The notes under the pieces were generated by a model. It made no database searches. It was given only the letters and a program-made list of their open reading frames with translations, and was not told the DNA's origin. A stretch of 59,156 nucleotides of DNA, counting the filler, from Sphacelaria rigidula (Eukaryota): the NCBI GenBank assembly GCA_964200075.2. It is 10 parts of 10 records of this genome, joined end to end, with 100 filler letters (N's around TTAATTAATTAA, not from the genome) between each part and the next. Parts side by side here need not be neighbours in the genome. Positions count along the whole stretch, not along the records: positions 1 to 5,826 come from CAXNAA020024158.1; positions 5,927 to 11,752 come from CAXNAA020024159.1; positions 11,853 to 17,678 come from CAXNAA020024160.1; 7 more parts are not named here. One strand, written 5' to 3'. Shown here one piece after another: positions 1 to 11,951 of this stretch (position 1 is the stretch's first letter; the number at the start of each line of letters is the position of its first letter). The translations under genes and the position numbers were made by a program.

Positions 1-571
1 CCCCCACATATAAGACGAGCAGACGCGCGCACAGGGAAACCGTGAGGAGCAGACACACATGCCTTCGTCAGTGATTCGTATCACGGTGAAAATGGTCGGT
101 GATCCATAAATTACGAAGTCCGCAAGTCGCGCCAACCATGACCCTGACCCCAAGTACACGGGACAGACTCGTGACCTCCGTCTGCAAAGGAAGTGCGCAG
201 TGATTGGATACACCCCACAGGAGCAATCAAAGAGTGAAGGCTACATTTAGTGGCCAGTCGGAACGCTAGCACGGAAACCGAGACACATCATGAGGGCAGC
301 ATACTTCTCCCCATCCGTAGCAAAGCACGATGTGCTACAGTAGGGTACACTATCGAAAGTTAGCGGTAGATGCACAGCAGTAGGGGCGTTCAGCCCATAT
401 GTCCAAGCAGCTACAGATCCTGCATACACTAAACACATAAGCCCGGTTGTTCCCAACACCGGGTCACAACACGTACCTCCACGAGCGAGAGAAACACATG
501 AGATATGGGACGTCAACAAAATAAATACATAACACGCAACCAGCAAACCATGCAACCTCGCCATCACGCAC

Positions 572-897
572 CGTTCGTCCCCTGCGACTGTAGATTTATC
601 ATCCAGTTTAGCCCTTCAAGCTGGTACGGCCGAAGCGTGCCGCCCGATATCGACGGGGGTTGCTGCACCAGGTACGTCGGGGGTGACTCCTCACCGCCAC
701 CGTCCGCCTCCGTCGTGGAGTCATCTGCTTCTCGCCCCGGCGGCCGGCCACGTCGCTTGGAGGGACTGCCGCCAGCCTTCGCCGCGCCGTCGCTGCCGTC
801 CGACGGTGATGCGCTATCGTCGTCACCGTCTGAGTCACTTAGGGTGACGCCGAAATGCGTCGCGAAAATATCCGACTGGCGGAGGATGTATTTGATC
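572..897 (-). CDS. ISWI: Exon 2 of the ISWI-like remodeller (ISWI N-terminal motif, AT-hook, start of SNF2 ATPase); gene continues off the left edge
   Basis: Acceptor aaacag|G is phase-compatible with exon 1. Translates R|IKYILRQSDIFATHFG...SPSKRRGRPPG...YLVQQPPSISGGTLRPYQLEGLNWMINLQSQGTNG|gtgcgt. LRxYQxEGLNW...NG precedes ILADEMGLGKT in ISWI/CHD ATPases. Not in the ORF track. Confidence 0.9.
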
Positions 898-2335
898 CTG
901 TTTTGTCGTGTGTGGGAGTGATCAAGTGCGGCCAGTGTCGGTTGCGGGCGGGGGCGTACTCATTTGTTGCTTGCCTTAGTCGTTTGACCATTGACCACGC
1001 ATCCCTTTCGAGACGGAGCAGGTTGCGGGCGGGGGGGGGGGGGGGGGTAAGGGTTAGAGATGGTCTGTTATAACCAGTCTTTATAGTAATACGACTCAAC
1101 TGTAATGCATTCTTTGTCTTACAGTCGGTGCTGTACGCAGTCGGTCCTTCACGACTGGAATGGGCTGCAATATATTGCCCTGCGCTGCATGTACCGTAGC
1201 GGCTGGCGTTGGGGATAGGAGTGGTTATGGAGGATGTTTGCCCCATACTCGACTGGACGGTGTAGTGCTTACGTACGTCTCCGAACGTTACTGAAAGTCT
1301 GTACTGCCATCTTCTTGTGTACCTTCTCCCCCTATACAACGATTTGCAGTTCTTTATACTGCACCGTGTACCAGTAACCCGGGTTCGTGGTGGCGGTCAG
1401 GTCGAGGCGCGAACTCGCTACCATACAGTCGGTCAGTCAAGGGTAAACCTGGAGCTGTAGAGTGAAGTTATACTCAAACTCCAAGTACCTCGACGGGTAT
1501 GGGTATCCCATGTATCACTACTTTTTCGAAACAGATCAAAGACAGGCAACACACCTCAGCTGTCGGTGGTCCGTACCACCGGTAACCGGGTCTCGTCGGG
1601 GCGCAAGAGCGACGTGTAGAGTCACCACAGACGGTCAGTCAACAGTGACACTGGAGCCTCAGGGTACACTAGAGTACTGCTCTCCGGGTACCTCTTCCCG
1701 TGTATCCGCTACTGTAGCAGTACGTTTAATACCCTTTCCGAGGCAAACAGAGAAGCAGGAAGAAGCACCAACCCCGGCTGAGTGTACCTACCCCTCTCTC
1801 GCAGCAGTATAGACAGTAGGGTCGGCCAGCAGCGCCAAACGCACGCAATGTACAAAACCTTGAGCACGAAGAAAAAAGGGAATATGACTGAAGAGATTTG
1901 CCGGCGCAACCCCCGTCTACCGTCCTTCGCGCCAAGGGGAACATGTATAGAAGCGACACAAGACACTACATCTGCGACAACGGACTGGCGGCAAGCGGAA
2001 CGTCAACTTGACATGTTCTTCGAGAGCTTCTCTCCAGCAGGTCCTCTTCAGCACAGTCATCGCAACTCAGCTACCATAGCACCACCTTGTTTCTCGAAAG
2101 GGGCGGTGATCCGAAATGGGGGCTGCCGAAAAAAATACATGCAGCAGAAGTAAAAAACAAATACAAGCGGTCCAGAGCAGGTTTCCCGTCCACATGCAGG
2201 GCATACTGCCACACCGTACTCCGAACCCCGCTCTACACTTACAGGTAACAGTAGCACGAGCTGAAGTGCTCCAGCACGTCAGGTTGATTGTGCCTACGAT
2301 ATCATGCTTCCCCAGGCTCCAAGAAACCAACTCAC

Positions 2336-2877
2336 CTCTTGCGCGCTGTCGCCGCTGCCGCCGCCGCAATCGTCTCCTTCTGCCGGGAGCTCTCCGCCTC
2401 CCCGGCAAGCCTGGCCGCTTTCTGTTTGTCGCGCTTCTCCTTCGCCAGCCGCCGCGCCTCCAACCTCTCCTCGGACATATCCTCCTCCCTTGTCACCCGC
2501 CGCTCCTTCTTCGGCTCCGCAGCTGCGCGCTCCCGAAGAAACGATTGGGAAGCCGGATCCATTGAGCCCCATTTGTCACGATTGGCGGCCTGCCGCGCCT
2601 CCACTTCGGCGTCTCGGGCGTTGCACTCCGCTTCGTAGCGTGCGCGGTCCTTCGCGGCGAGGTCTTGAAACTTTGCCTTCGCTATTTCGTCAAGCGCCTG
2701 CCAGCGGCGGGAGATCTCTGCGCCGGCCTGTCCTACTGCTAACCCCGCGAAATCGTCTTTGTGCTCTCTATACTGCTCGCTCATGAAGAAGCCATACGGC
2801 GTTGTCGCCGACTTGATCGGCGCATTACTATTCGTGCTGCTGCTGCCGTTACTGGCGACTCCAGCGCCTGTAGACAT
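2336..2877 (-). CDS. ISWI: Exon 1 of HMG-box-containing ISWI/SNF2-family chromatin remodeller (HMG box plus charged helix)
   Basis: ATG at 2877 (MSTGAG...). HMG-box signature PIKSATTPYGFFMSEQYREHK...AGAEISRRWQALDEIAKAKFQDLAAKDRARYEAE. Exon ends AAG AG|gtgagt (donor at 2335, phase 2); the ORF-track stop lies inside the intron. Confidence 0.88.
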
Positions 2878-5826
2878 GGTCCCTGTGTCGTGTGTATTCT
2901 TAAGTGTTTGGCAATGGGGTACAGGCAGTAGAGAGAACGGAGCGATATGCTTTACCGTCAGTCCCGTGTTGTGTTCCGTGGGTAACTGTTTTGTATGGTA
3001 CAATACAGTAGAGTGAAGTACAGCAAGAACAGTACAGTACGGAAATTTGAATCTGTAGCTACAGCTGCGTAGGATATGCCAGCCGACGTTGCACCGGTTC
3101 GTGTGCATTGCGAGCGTAATCAGTAGCAAGTGCAAATCCTCGTGAACAAGACGCGGTGAACGCACAGCTCGGATGAGAAATGCCCCAAACGAGACATTGA
3201 GACTTTTTTCGAAGCCGCGCGCTCAACGTGATGTATGTGCCCCAACACACACACCACCTTGTGACGTAGATCGACAACTACAACCGTAGGATGCAGCATG
3301 GAAGTGGCTAGCTACACCTGGGGCTAAGGAGACAGGCCAAGACACACTTCAGGCAAGCATAGGACGTGGCTGAGAAGCCGATGGTAGCAACGAACAGAAG
3401 TCTACATCAGGACAGGCAACCAACACGCAAGAGCAAAAAGGAGACAAATCAATCAGGCAAAATCACAAAATCCCGCAAACCGCTAAGCGGCAGCTTTACC
3501 CAGTTGGGCCGTCCGCCACGGCAAATATTTCAAAATTTACAGAAGAACAGCTTGGGATAGCAACAGATGCCAGAGGCGCAGCGCCAACTCACAGCCAATC
3601 TCACGACCGGCGCGTCAGTACGACCTCAAACTTACCACTAGCAGATGGATCCGTGAGGTTAGGCGTGTGTCCTTGTCTCGGGATGTTGTGAGCCGCGATA
3701 CCTCTGCCACAACAGCGCTGGGTTTGGAGCTCGGTCGACGGGTAGACGCCTCCGTTAACCTAGAACCGCCATTAGTCTCAAAACGGTATGTTAGATCACG
3801 GTGGATAACACCCTTAGTGGTATTTTTGTCATCTCGTAATTTCTCGAGTATTAAGGCGCTAAAGCATGCATAAACCAACATTTTTTCGAGAACATTGTTA
3901 ACATTTATTTCTTGACGTTATTTTTTCGGCAGTTTGATAATTGTTTCTTGAGATAACTGAGGTTCAAATGCCATCATATAGGGGTGTTATTCAGCATGAC
4001 CTACGGCAGAGGCTGCTGCGTAGTGTACCTGTTTCATGGACGTGTAATCCGACAAGTTGGAGAGCTGTTCCTGTTGATTTTGTCCTGACGGATGCAATTG
4101 ATAGTAGCACCAAAATACAACAACCTGCAGCATGCAACACTAATACCTAATAATATTATTTGGTGACGGTCATGTTGCCCTTGCTCTCTTTTTCCTCCAA
4201 TTGATCTCATTACCCGATTTCACGCCTAACTCTCTCCCTTCACCTCCCCCCTCAGCCAACCGATAAAAAAAAATAATCTACTCTGCTATTTGTTTTACTC
4301 GTCGCGTCTGACTGATGTTATTTCCCAAAAAAGTTGGTGCGTCATTTATTTAGTGATCCGCTCTTCAACGTCTGAACCAGCTGCACCGTGAGGCGACTTT
4401 TCGTTCCAGAAGAAACGACGACGAGTGTGCTGTGCATTGCATTTACTGGTGATTTTTATTTCTTTATACGGTAAGTGTTATATAGCCCGAAAAATCAGCC
4501 GGCATTTTCATGACGTGTGCATTTTGGAAGTATACTTCGAAGAAATCGAATTTACATGTACATGCTTCGAAGAAATTGAATTTGCATCCGTACCCTGGAG
4601 GATAGGTGCCAATATGTTAATCACATAATCAGACAACTACGTTATTACCAGCAGTTTATTTACGAAGTTTTATCCCGATCGGTCGTACACGTAACCGTGT
4701 TGTCCCATGGATAGTAGCTGTAGTATTTTAGTGGTGGTGACGGTAGTAGCAGTGTACAGTATAGTAGTGGTATGTACTGTATATCATTATTCATTCCCTA
4801 GCTTGAATGGGTGGTCAAGGGCAGTACGAGAGCACCAAGCTAAATATAGCTCGTGCAAAATATACCAACCACTACTACTTTTACAGCGATTCTCGCTGTA
4901 CGCCAGTAATCGTAGTGTTGCAACACCCCGAAACGCATCAACTATCCTGTCGAGTGTGCCAACTACCCATGAACGTTGCCTTTTCAACCATGTTTTTTGA
5001 GAGTTTTTAGGGGCGTCAATCTGTCGCGTACGCCAACTTTTTGCTCTTCCTTCCGACTAGAGCAGCAACATGAACCAATGTCCCAGCAGTTGAAAAAAAA
5101 CGTTCGAACAAAACTCCCGGTCAAGAGCAAGGGTGAAATAGAAGAGTATATATAATATTAAAGTAGGTATGTTTTGCAATAAATGCGTAAAGCTTGATTC
5201 CTTCTTCACAATATTTGCCTAGTAGGTCTCTCGAACGAATGACTGTACATACTTTACACAATGACTGAGGACGAGGGTGTCGCTTCGCTCTGGCGCCCCC
5301 CCTCCTGCCCAACAACCACCAAAACCCACTAAACGCCCAGCCAGCCAGTAGGCCGTTTCTGCGGGCTATGTTCAGAACAGAGAGAGCACGCGTACTTCTG
5401 GAGCACAAGTTCTTGGATTCCAAAGCACCCACACCACTGGCACAGAGAGCGCCCCACATGCCATGATACAGGGGGGGGAACTTGGACCATTTCTCCCACG
5501 AAATACCACCTCAAAACCGTCATTGAAAGCAACAACATTTGTTCTAACGCGCTTGTTACCAATAAGACACACGGATTCATACCACTTGACCCCGTTTTCA
5601 CCCAATTGCAAACGCACCGCGAGTAGTTAGGTCGTCTGACATACCTGTGAGCCCCTGTTTTTCGTGGTATCAACCCCCCCCCCCCCTGCGGTGCTCCGTC
5701 TCGAAAGGGGTGCGTGGTCAATGGTCAAACGACTAAGGCAAGCAACAAATGAGTACACCCACCCCCCCCCCCCCCCCCCCCCCAGCACCACCCCCGCTCC
5801 TTTCCTGACCTGCTGAAACCAACAGA

Positions 5827-5926
5827 NNNNNNNNNNNNNNNNNNNNNNNNNNNNNNNNNNNNNNNNNNNNTTAATTAATTAANNNNNNNNNNNNNNNNNN
5901 NNNNNNNNNNNNNNNNNNNNNNNNNN
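5827..5926. other. Artificial contig spacer N44-TTAATTAATTAA-N44 (also starting at 11753, 17679, 23605, 29531, 35457, 41382, 47307, 53232)
   Basis: Identical 100-nt spacer with stop codons in all six frames, separating segments of 5826 or 5825 bp. Confidence 0.97.
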
Positions 5927-7689
5927 GTGGTTCGTTGTGGGGGCAAATGTAGGGGGCGTTTTGCCGCGGTGAATTTGGGGGGGCACAACAAACGTGGTTG
6001 AAACGCCGGGTGCAATCGTCTCAGGTGGCATGGGAGGTAGTCCCGTGGCTAGAGAGGCGACATTCGGAGTGGCGTTGGAAAGTGCAGGTGAACCAGTGGG
6101 TGAGTGATCAGAATCGGATTCAATGTCGATGGGATCGCGGGTGAGCAGACGTAACTGTTTCATCTGCTCATCGAGTGAGGATTGAGTGACGGAATGCGAT
6201 ATGTGAATAGTTCCGCCGTCGTATTGTGTTGTTGTAAAGCTTGTTCATATTGGGCTTTAGTCGCCTGCAAAGTCTTGGCGGTTTGCCGGAGGAGGCGGGC
6301 TTTCTTGTTCTGCCCCTCCGCCAAGGCTTTGCGTTTGGCTTCGACCTCACGACGGACGCGCTGGATTCCTTGAGCGTACTCGAAAGCTACACGGTTCTTA
6401 AGTTCTATTTGCGCTTGTACGGTCTGGGCCAACAAGTCGTCCCAGTACGCGGCTTGTTCCTCGCGGGAAAATTTGTCCCACGCGTGGGCTGGAATAGCAG
6501 CGGGACGGCTATGTTTGAACTGGGTCTTACCTTTGTCGCGTGCTTTCTTGGGTAGGCGCGTATACGGGTTTTGTTCCGACTCACGACCACTCATCGAGGC
6601 TACGACGTCAGAAGCGTAGGGCTCAGCAGGGGAATGATCACGAACCGAATGGTCACCACTTGCAGTAGAGTCGACGTGTCTAGTGTCACTGGTAAGAGTT
6701 TGAGCGGTGGCGGCATACAGTGGGAAATCAAGTCCCGGCTGTACGTCGGGCACCGTAGCGAGGGGAATTCCTCCCGACTGAGATCGGGCATCATCATCAT
6801 CCTCTACACTTTCAATGACTGGATCATGCAAGACTGTGTCCGACGCAAGCAGTGTTTCACCGGATTCGGAAGAGGATGTGCCTTCGTCATCGGCACGTAG
6901 CTCTAGCGAAGCCGGGGAATTAGACATTGCTTGTGTACCTGCGCGGGTGCGCGACACAGTCAGTGTAGAAAGAAGGAGGGGAATGAGCGACCGGGGTGTT
7001 GCATTGGAATTGGAAGAGACAAAGAATCTATTGTAGGAGGCTGTGGGCGTGGTGGGGGTCGGCCAGGCCCCCGTGAAAGACAGGGAGGGTCGATCGAAAA
7101 AGATATGAGAAAGAGGGTGTGGACGAGTTGTCCAGACCGGAGTCCAAGAAATGTACTGGATGAACACAGGACCTTGGGAAGAGGGTGGTACGGGAGTGTT
7201 ATCACGGATGTTGGGTTCACATACATAGTACAGGGTGGGGTCGGATGATGTACAGTCAACACCCAGGCTGGGCACAAAACAAATGTGCTGCACGGTGAGC
7301 AAATGTTGACACAGCAAGAGACGGTCATCATTAGCTACTGAAAAATAAATGGCCGGTGGTACAAGCGGCGGGGTGGGTGTAGCGAAAGGTTGCACGCTGA
7401 TACAGTGCCGGTGGTGGTAGAAAAGAGTTGGTATCTGGTGATGTACGGGCAGCTCATGTGGGAAAAAATGGAATGGGGCAGGAGAGTCACGGTATAAAGT
7501 GGACTTTACCTGGTGACTCGCATCCGCTACAGAGTAGATGGGTATCATTACTGGGGAAGTTGCCACAGATAGGCAGCTGGGACGAGAAGGTGAGGATGGT
7601 GGGGGGACAAGTGCGATTGCTCGCGTACGTTCGCGTCGGAGTCGGCGCAGGGTGCGAGCGTCTGGTGTATCAGAGGCCCTTGAACTCAT
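5927..7689 (-). CDS. 5' ORF of an LTR retrotransposon (gag-position or extra ORF), Pro/Ser-rich with a coiled coil; frameshifted near 6160 and truncated by the contig end
   Basis: 509-aa ORF plus an overlapping continuation (5879..6163) starting about 225 bp downstream of a PBS-like site next to an LTR. No recognisable capsid motif in the part present. Confidence 0.55.
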
Positions 7690-7929
7690 CTTGCCAGGGA
7701 TAGAGGACAGAGCAACAACTACAGACGGCTAGGCGATGAACAAACAAAAGAGACGCGCATGCAAGGCACACAGTGGTGGTGTAGTGTACACGGCAGCTCG
7801 GCAGTCTGAACACAACGCAACTAAAAACAAAGTACAGCAGAGGCAGTGCGGGAGCTCCAACTGTGATGTGAAAGAATGTGAAAGATGGTGAATGCACCTC
7901 GTGGAGGTTGTAATGGTGTTCACCAAGAT

Positions 7930-8610
7930 TGTTCCAGGTTCAGACCTCGGCGTACGTTGTTTGTTTACTCAGCTCAGCAGCGCAGGCTGACCACAATCGC
8001 TTCCGTGTTGCTTTCACAGAAGGAGACAACAAGCAATTACAGACGAAAGTAGCACCGTTTTTGTTTCACACAATTGATTGTATCCGAGCTTTATCCATAG
8101 AACATAAATACAACATAAACCGAAACAGGCCTAAGCTTTGATCGATAAAATACACTAGACAAAACAGCAGCCCGACTACTGCTCTTATTTCTGGGACTCA
8201 CTCTCTCGCGGTTTGTAGATACTCCAATGGGGAAACTGGTGAATCGCAGCCAAAAACCGAGATGAGAAGAGAGAGAGAGATCGTAGGGGCTGCTATTTTG
8301 AACGCGCTTCGCCGCCCCCTAAATCAACATAGCTAAGGTCATACCATACAATCCCAAAAGGCGTGCTCGTCAATTCATGCCATGGTTGGGTCACTACCTT
8401 TTTTCGAATTCAAATACATGCTCTCCGTAGAACGTCAACCTCAAGGGGCAGCGAATTCTCCGCTAATTGAGCATGAAAATGTCCATCATTCAATGTCACT
8501 TTTGCCCAAGATCATGGCTACGTCCTGCAGTCACATCATATCACACTAGCCTCCAATGGGTAAAGCAATCGCACGAGAACGCAGTGAAACGAGGTTGCTT
8601 TACCCACACA
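7930..8610 (-). mobile_element. Putative LTR (~680 bp) of a Ty3/gypsy element
   Basis: Minus strand begins TGTG directly after a purine tract GGGGGAATGAAA (PPT, 8611-8622) and ends GGAACA, followed by atct-TGGTGAAC (PBS-like, 7918-7925). Contains a CT-rich tract (~8267-8280). No second copy in the contig to confirm it. Confidence 0.6.
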
Positions 8611-10444
8611 TTTCATTCCCCCACACCACAGAAAAAATAAAAAATAAACAAGCAAAACAAGATACCATGATAAGAAGAAAATGTGAGACACGTTGAGGGG
8701 GGAGTACTGTGACGGGGACTAAGAGGGCGACACGATATATGGAGAAGAAAAACAAAATCCGGAGGGTGTGAAAAACGCAAGAATCGGCACCCCTCGGAAA
8801 AAAAGCGCCAGAAGCTACGAAATATCCGGGAATCCAAGACAAATCCGCCATAAAAGAAAAAAACTGAACCAGCGACAAAAAAACAAGCCGTTAGTCCATC
8901 AGCGACAAAACCCTGATATAAACCTTGACTGCTATCATGCGAAGGGGAAATAATCATGTTTCAATAGACGTCCAGTTCCGCTGTCAGAGTTTGTTAAGCA
9001 GCCCGCCAAGGCGTTTCACAGTACCGGGGAAGCACAAACGATTATACCCTTCGTTCATCAGTAGAACGCGACGGTGTTGAATGCTCAAGCGGGAAAAGAA
9101 AATCGCTGAGCGAAAGACACCGGAAACCAAAATCAACGTGCAGCCGTGACGCAACATGATGCACCAACGTGACGATGAAGGGCGGCCCATCGAATTGAAA
9201 AGGTGCCCATATCGTCCCACAAAGCGTCAACGAATAACACACAGCCGTAGGAGATAAATCCAAGGCGGGTAATCCGATGCGTTTGTGGTGAACCACGGCA
9301 AGTATACAGAAAGAGGGGCCGATGCGGTCCGCTCTTAGATACATGCCCGTTCAGACGAGAAAATCGAGAGGGTGGGCCCACAAACGGGAGGATAAACTCC
9401 CGCCGAGCACATCAACGCGATAATTCGCCAGCAATAACCCTACAACAAAAACGAATCACCGTACTGGTTTCCGAAGCGGCGGACCGGATGTACGACCGCG
9501 AGACTGCGAAAAACAAAACGATTTTTTCTTTTTGTTGCGGCAGATTGTTGTAGCAACGGAACTGAACATAATCCAAGAGAAAAGAAATATCCCCGAACAT
9601 GGGACACCTGATACAGCGAGCAATTACACAGCATCTGCGACGGTACTTAAGGAGAGAGCTTGTTGGACACGCAACACATAACCCGGTCATCGAAAGCCGA
9701 CGCGGGTCCAACGGTATTAAGCTGTCAAAAAAAAACACACACACACACACACAAAACAAAGAAAAGAGTAGGGGGGAAACGAATAACAGGGTACGCCGAA
9801 CGAACCAGTTCGTTGGAGAGGTTGATGACGGACGTGGTTAGACAATCGCACACACCGGGTATGTGCCCCGGGAAGGGGTTGGTACGGGGCGTGTTGGAAA
9901 ATACCAACGGGGTGCGTCGGCCGCCTCCGAATACAAAAGGAAAAACCAAAGACAAAAACAAGGAAAACAGGGGACCACGCAAGGTAGGAAGAAGGGGAAA
10001 CAGGGCAGAATAAACAAAATAGAAAACAAGAGAAAACAAGAAAAAAACAAAAATAGGTAAAAAAACAAGAGCTAACAAAGAGGAAAAGAAACACAAAAGC
10101 TGCATACAGGAACAGGCATACGCGGCAACGGTTCACTACAGAACACCAACATACGCGGCTACTGGGTACTGCCGAGGGAAACGTGGGCAACCGGGCTACA
10201 CGTTGTTCAGGGAAACGAGACCACGAGAGGGCAAGGGGAAGCAGAAAAAAGACAACAACAACAACAAAAACACGACGAGACCAGGGGGACTACGATGGGC
10301 GGCAGGGACAAACGCAGACAACCGACTCGCAACGGTACTTGAGGAGACGACACCAACGACAAGACAAGGAAAAATAAAAAAAAATCAGGGGGGATTTCAA
10401 AGAACACGAATAAAATCAGAAGGAACGCAAATTCGCCATCAAGA

Positions 10445-11752
10445 TTATTCCGTGTCCCACGCCGTGTTGGGATTGCGCAAGACAGCTGTGTCGATGTCCC
10501 TTTTGTCGTGTTTTTGTAGGCACCAAGATCCTCGGCGAGCGGTCGGCATCTTGGTGTAGTAATCGTCGTTGAGACGGATCTTGAGAGGACACGGGTCATC
10601 GAGGAAGCGGATGTAGTAGGAATCGTCCGCCTCAGGATCTATCAAATGAATCTTCCCCAGCCTCCACCGCGAATCCATAGCCCTGTACCAAAAATATGCA
10701 CCTTTCGGCAAACGTTTCTTCGAAAAGGAGCGCAGGTATTGCGAACGAGAAATCAGACTATAGCCCGAAATGACAAATCGTGCCGAGTGTTCTCGGGCGA
10801 GTTCACGAGCTGCTGCGCCTTTTCTCATAGACCTATATCGTTTGTTCAACGGGCGGTGTTGGACGACATCTCCGACCCAATATAAAAGTATCTCTCCTCG
10901 AAAATGACGCAAATCCTCCTCCCGTTCCCACGTAACACGCATGAGGCCTTTCCAGTGAGTCTGATACATAGCCGCAATTTTCCGCCTCGACCTCGAACTA
11001 ATTGGTGGCCCGAGATGCGATCCACCACTACACGTTCAAGAGGACCGTCAGCGCCTTCAACCGTCATGTGGTACGGGGGGGATTTCGCCGCATACCTGGT
11101 TAGCACATACTGACTGAGCCCCATAGGCAATTGCTTGGACAGGTCACTAGTGTCGTGAGGGGGCAGACACGGCTTGCACCGAAGCATCGAGACGCGGTTT
11201 TTGGGTTTGACGCCAGGTTCATCCGTGGGAAAATCCAAATACAAAAGCTTCTCACCTACTGGTTTGTCGTCGGGGGCGGTATCTCAGGGCCCAACTGCCA
11301 AAATCTTCCAAGGAAAAGTCCAATTCAAGCAAAGCTTCGACTTCAACACATTATCCGACGACGACTTGGCAGAGCTTGCACCTTGGGTTACAGTTCTCAC
11401 ATCGTTATACACCCATGCCCAGTCACCTACTTTGTACATCGGACGGTTGTTCACTGCATCATCCAACACGCGGTTTGCCCTAGCTACCTTTGCTGCGTTG
11501 ATCAAATTCTGCTCCCGTACCACCTCATATGCAAGACGAAGACGATTACTAACAGACATATGATACTCCACGATATCCCGATCCAAACTCTGATGACCAC
11601 CAGAGGGTTTCCTGTCGAACACTGTTGTCAGTGGCAGCCTGGGCATACGACCAATATGAACTTCATTGGTAGCCAAGCCTGTGGCGGCATTGACGGAGTT
11701 GTTGTAGTTCATTTGGACAAGGGGTAAGTGCAGGTCCCAGTCCGTTTGTCGC
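10445..11752 (-). pseudogene. Ty3/gypsy (chromovirus) pol 3' end: integrase C-terminus, chromodomain and Tudor-like extension
   Basis: DWDLHLPLVQMNYNNSVNAATG...KVGDWAWV...KLCLNWTFPWKILAVGP (gypsy IN and GPY/F-like region). Chromodomain VVVDRISGHQLVRGRGGK/MYQTHWKGLMRVTWEREEDL. In-frame TGA at 11284-11286 and a 1-nt frameshift near 10980. Confidence 0.85.
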
Positions 11753-11951
11753 NNNNNNNNNNNNNNNNNNNNNNNNNNNNNNNNNNNNNNNNNNNNTTAA
11801 TTAATTAANNNNNNNNNNNNNNNNNNNNNNNNNNNNNNNNNNNNNNNNNNNNTACCCCCCCCCCCCTATCGTAGGATGACTCATGACCAAGATACAAGAT
11901 GCTGACCCAGACGCGGCGAGGAATATACTAGCAGGATACATCCAGGAATAA

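Noticed and set aside
2332..3165. Stand-alone HMG protein such as the brown algal male determinant MIN
   Set aside because: The ORF stop is within a GTGAG donor and the exon splices in phase to an ISWI/SNF2 exon; the 96 codons before ATG 2877 look non-coding.
5871..5882. Regularly spaced TTAATTAATTAA motif as a biological repeat
   Set aside because: Synthetic six-frame-stop linker embedded in Ns.
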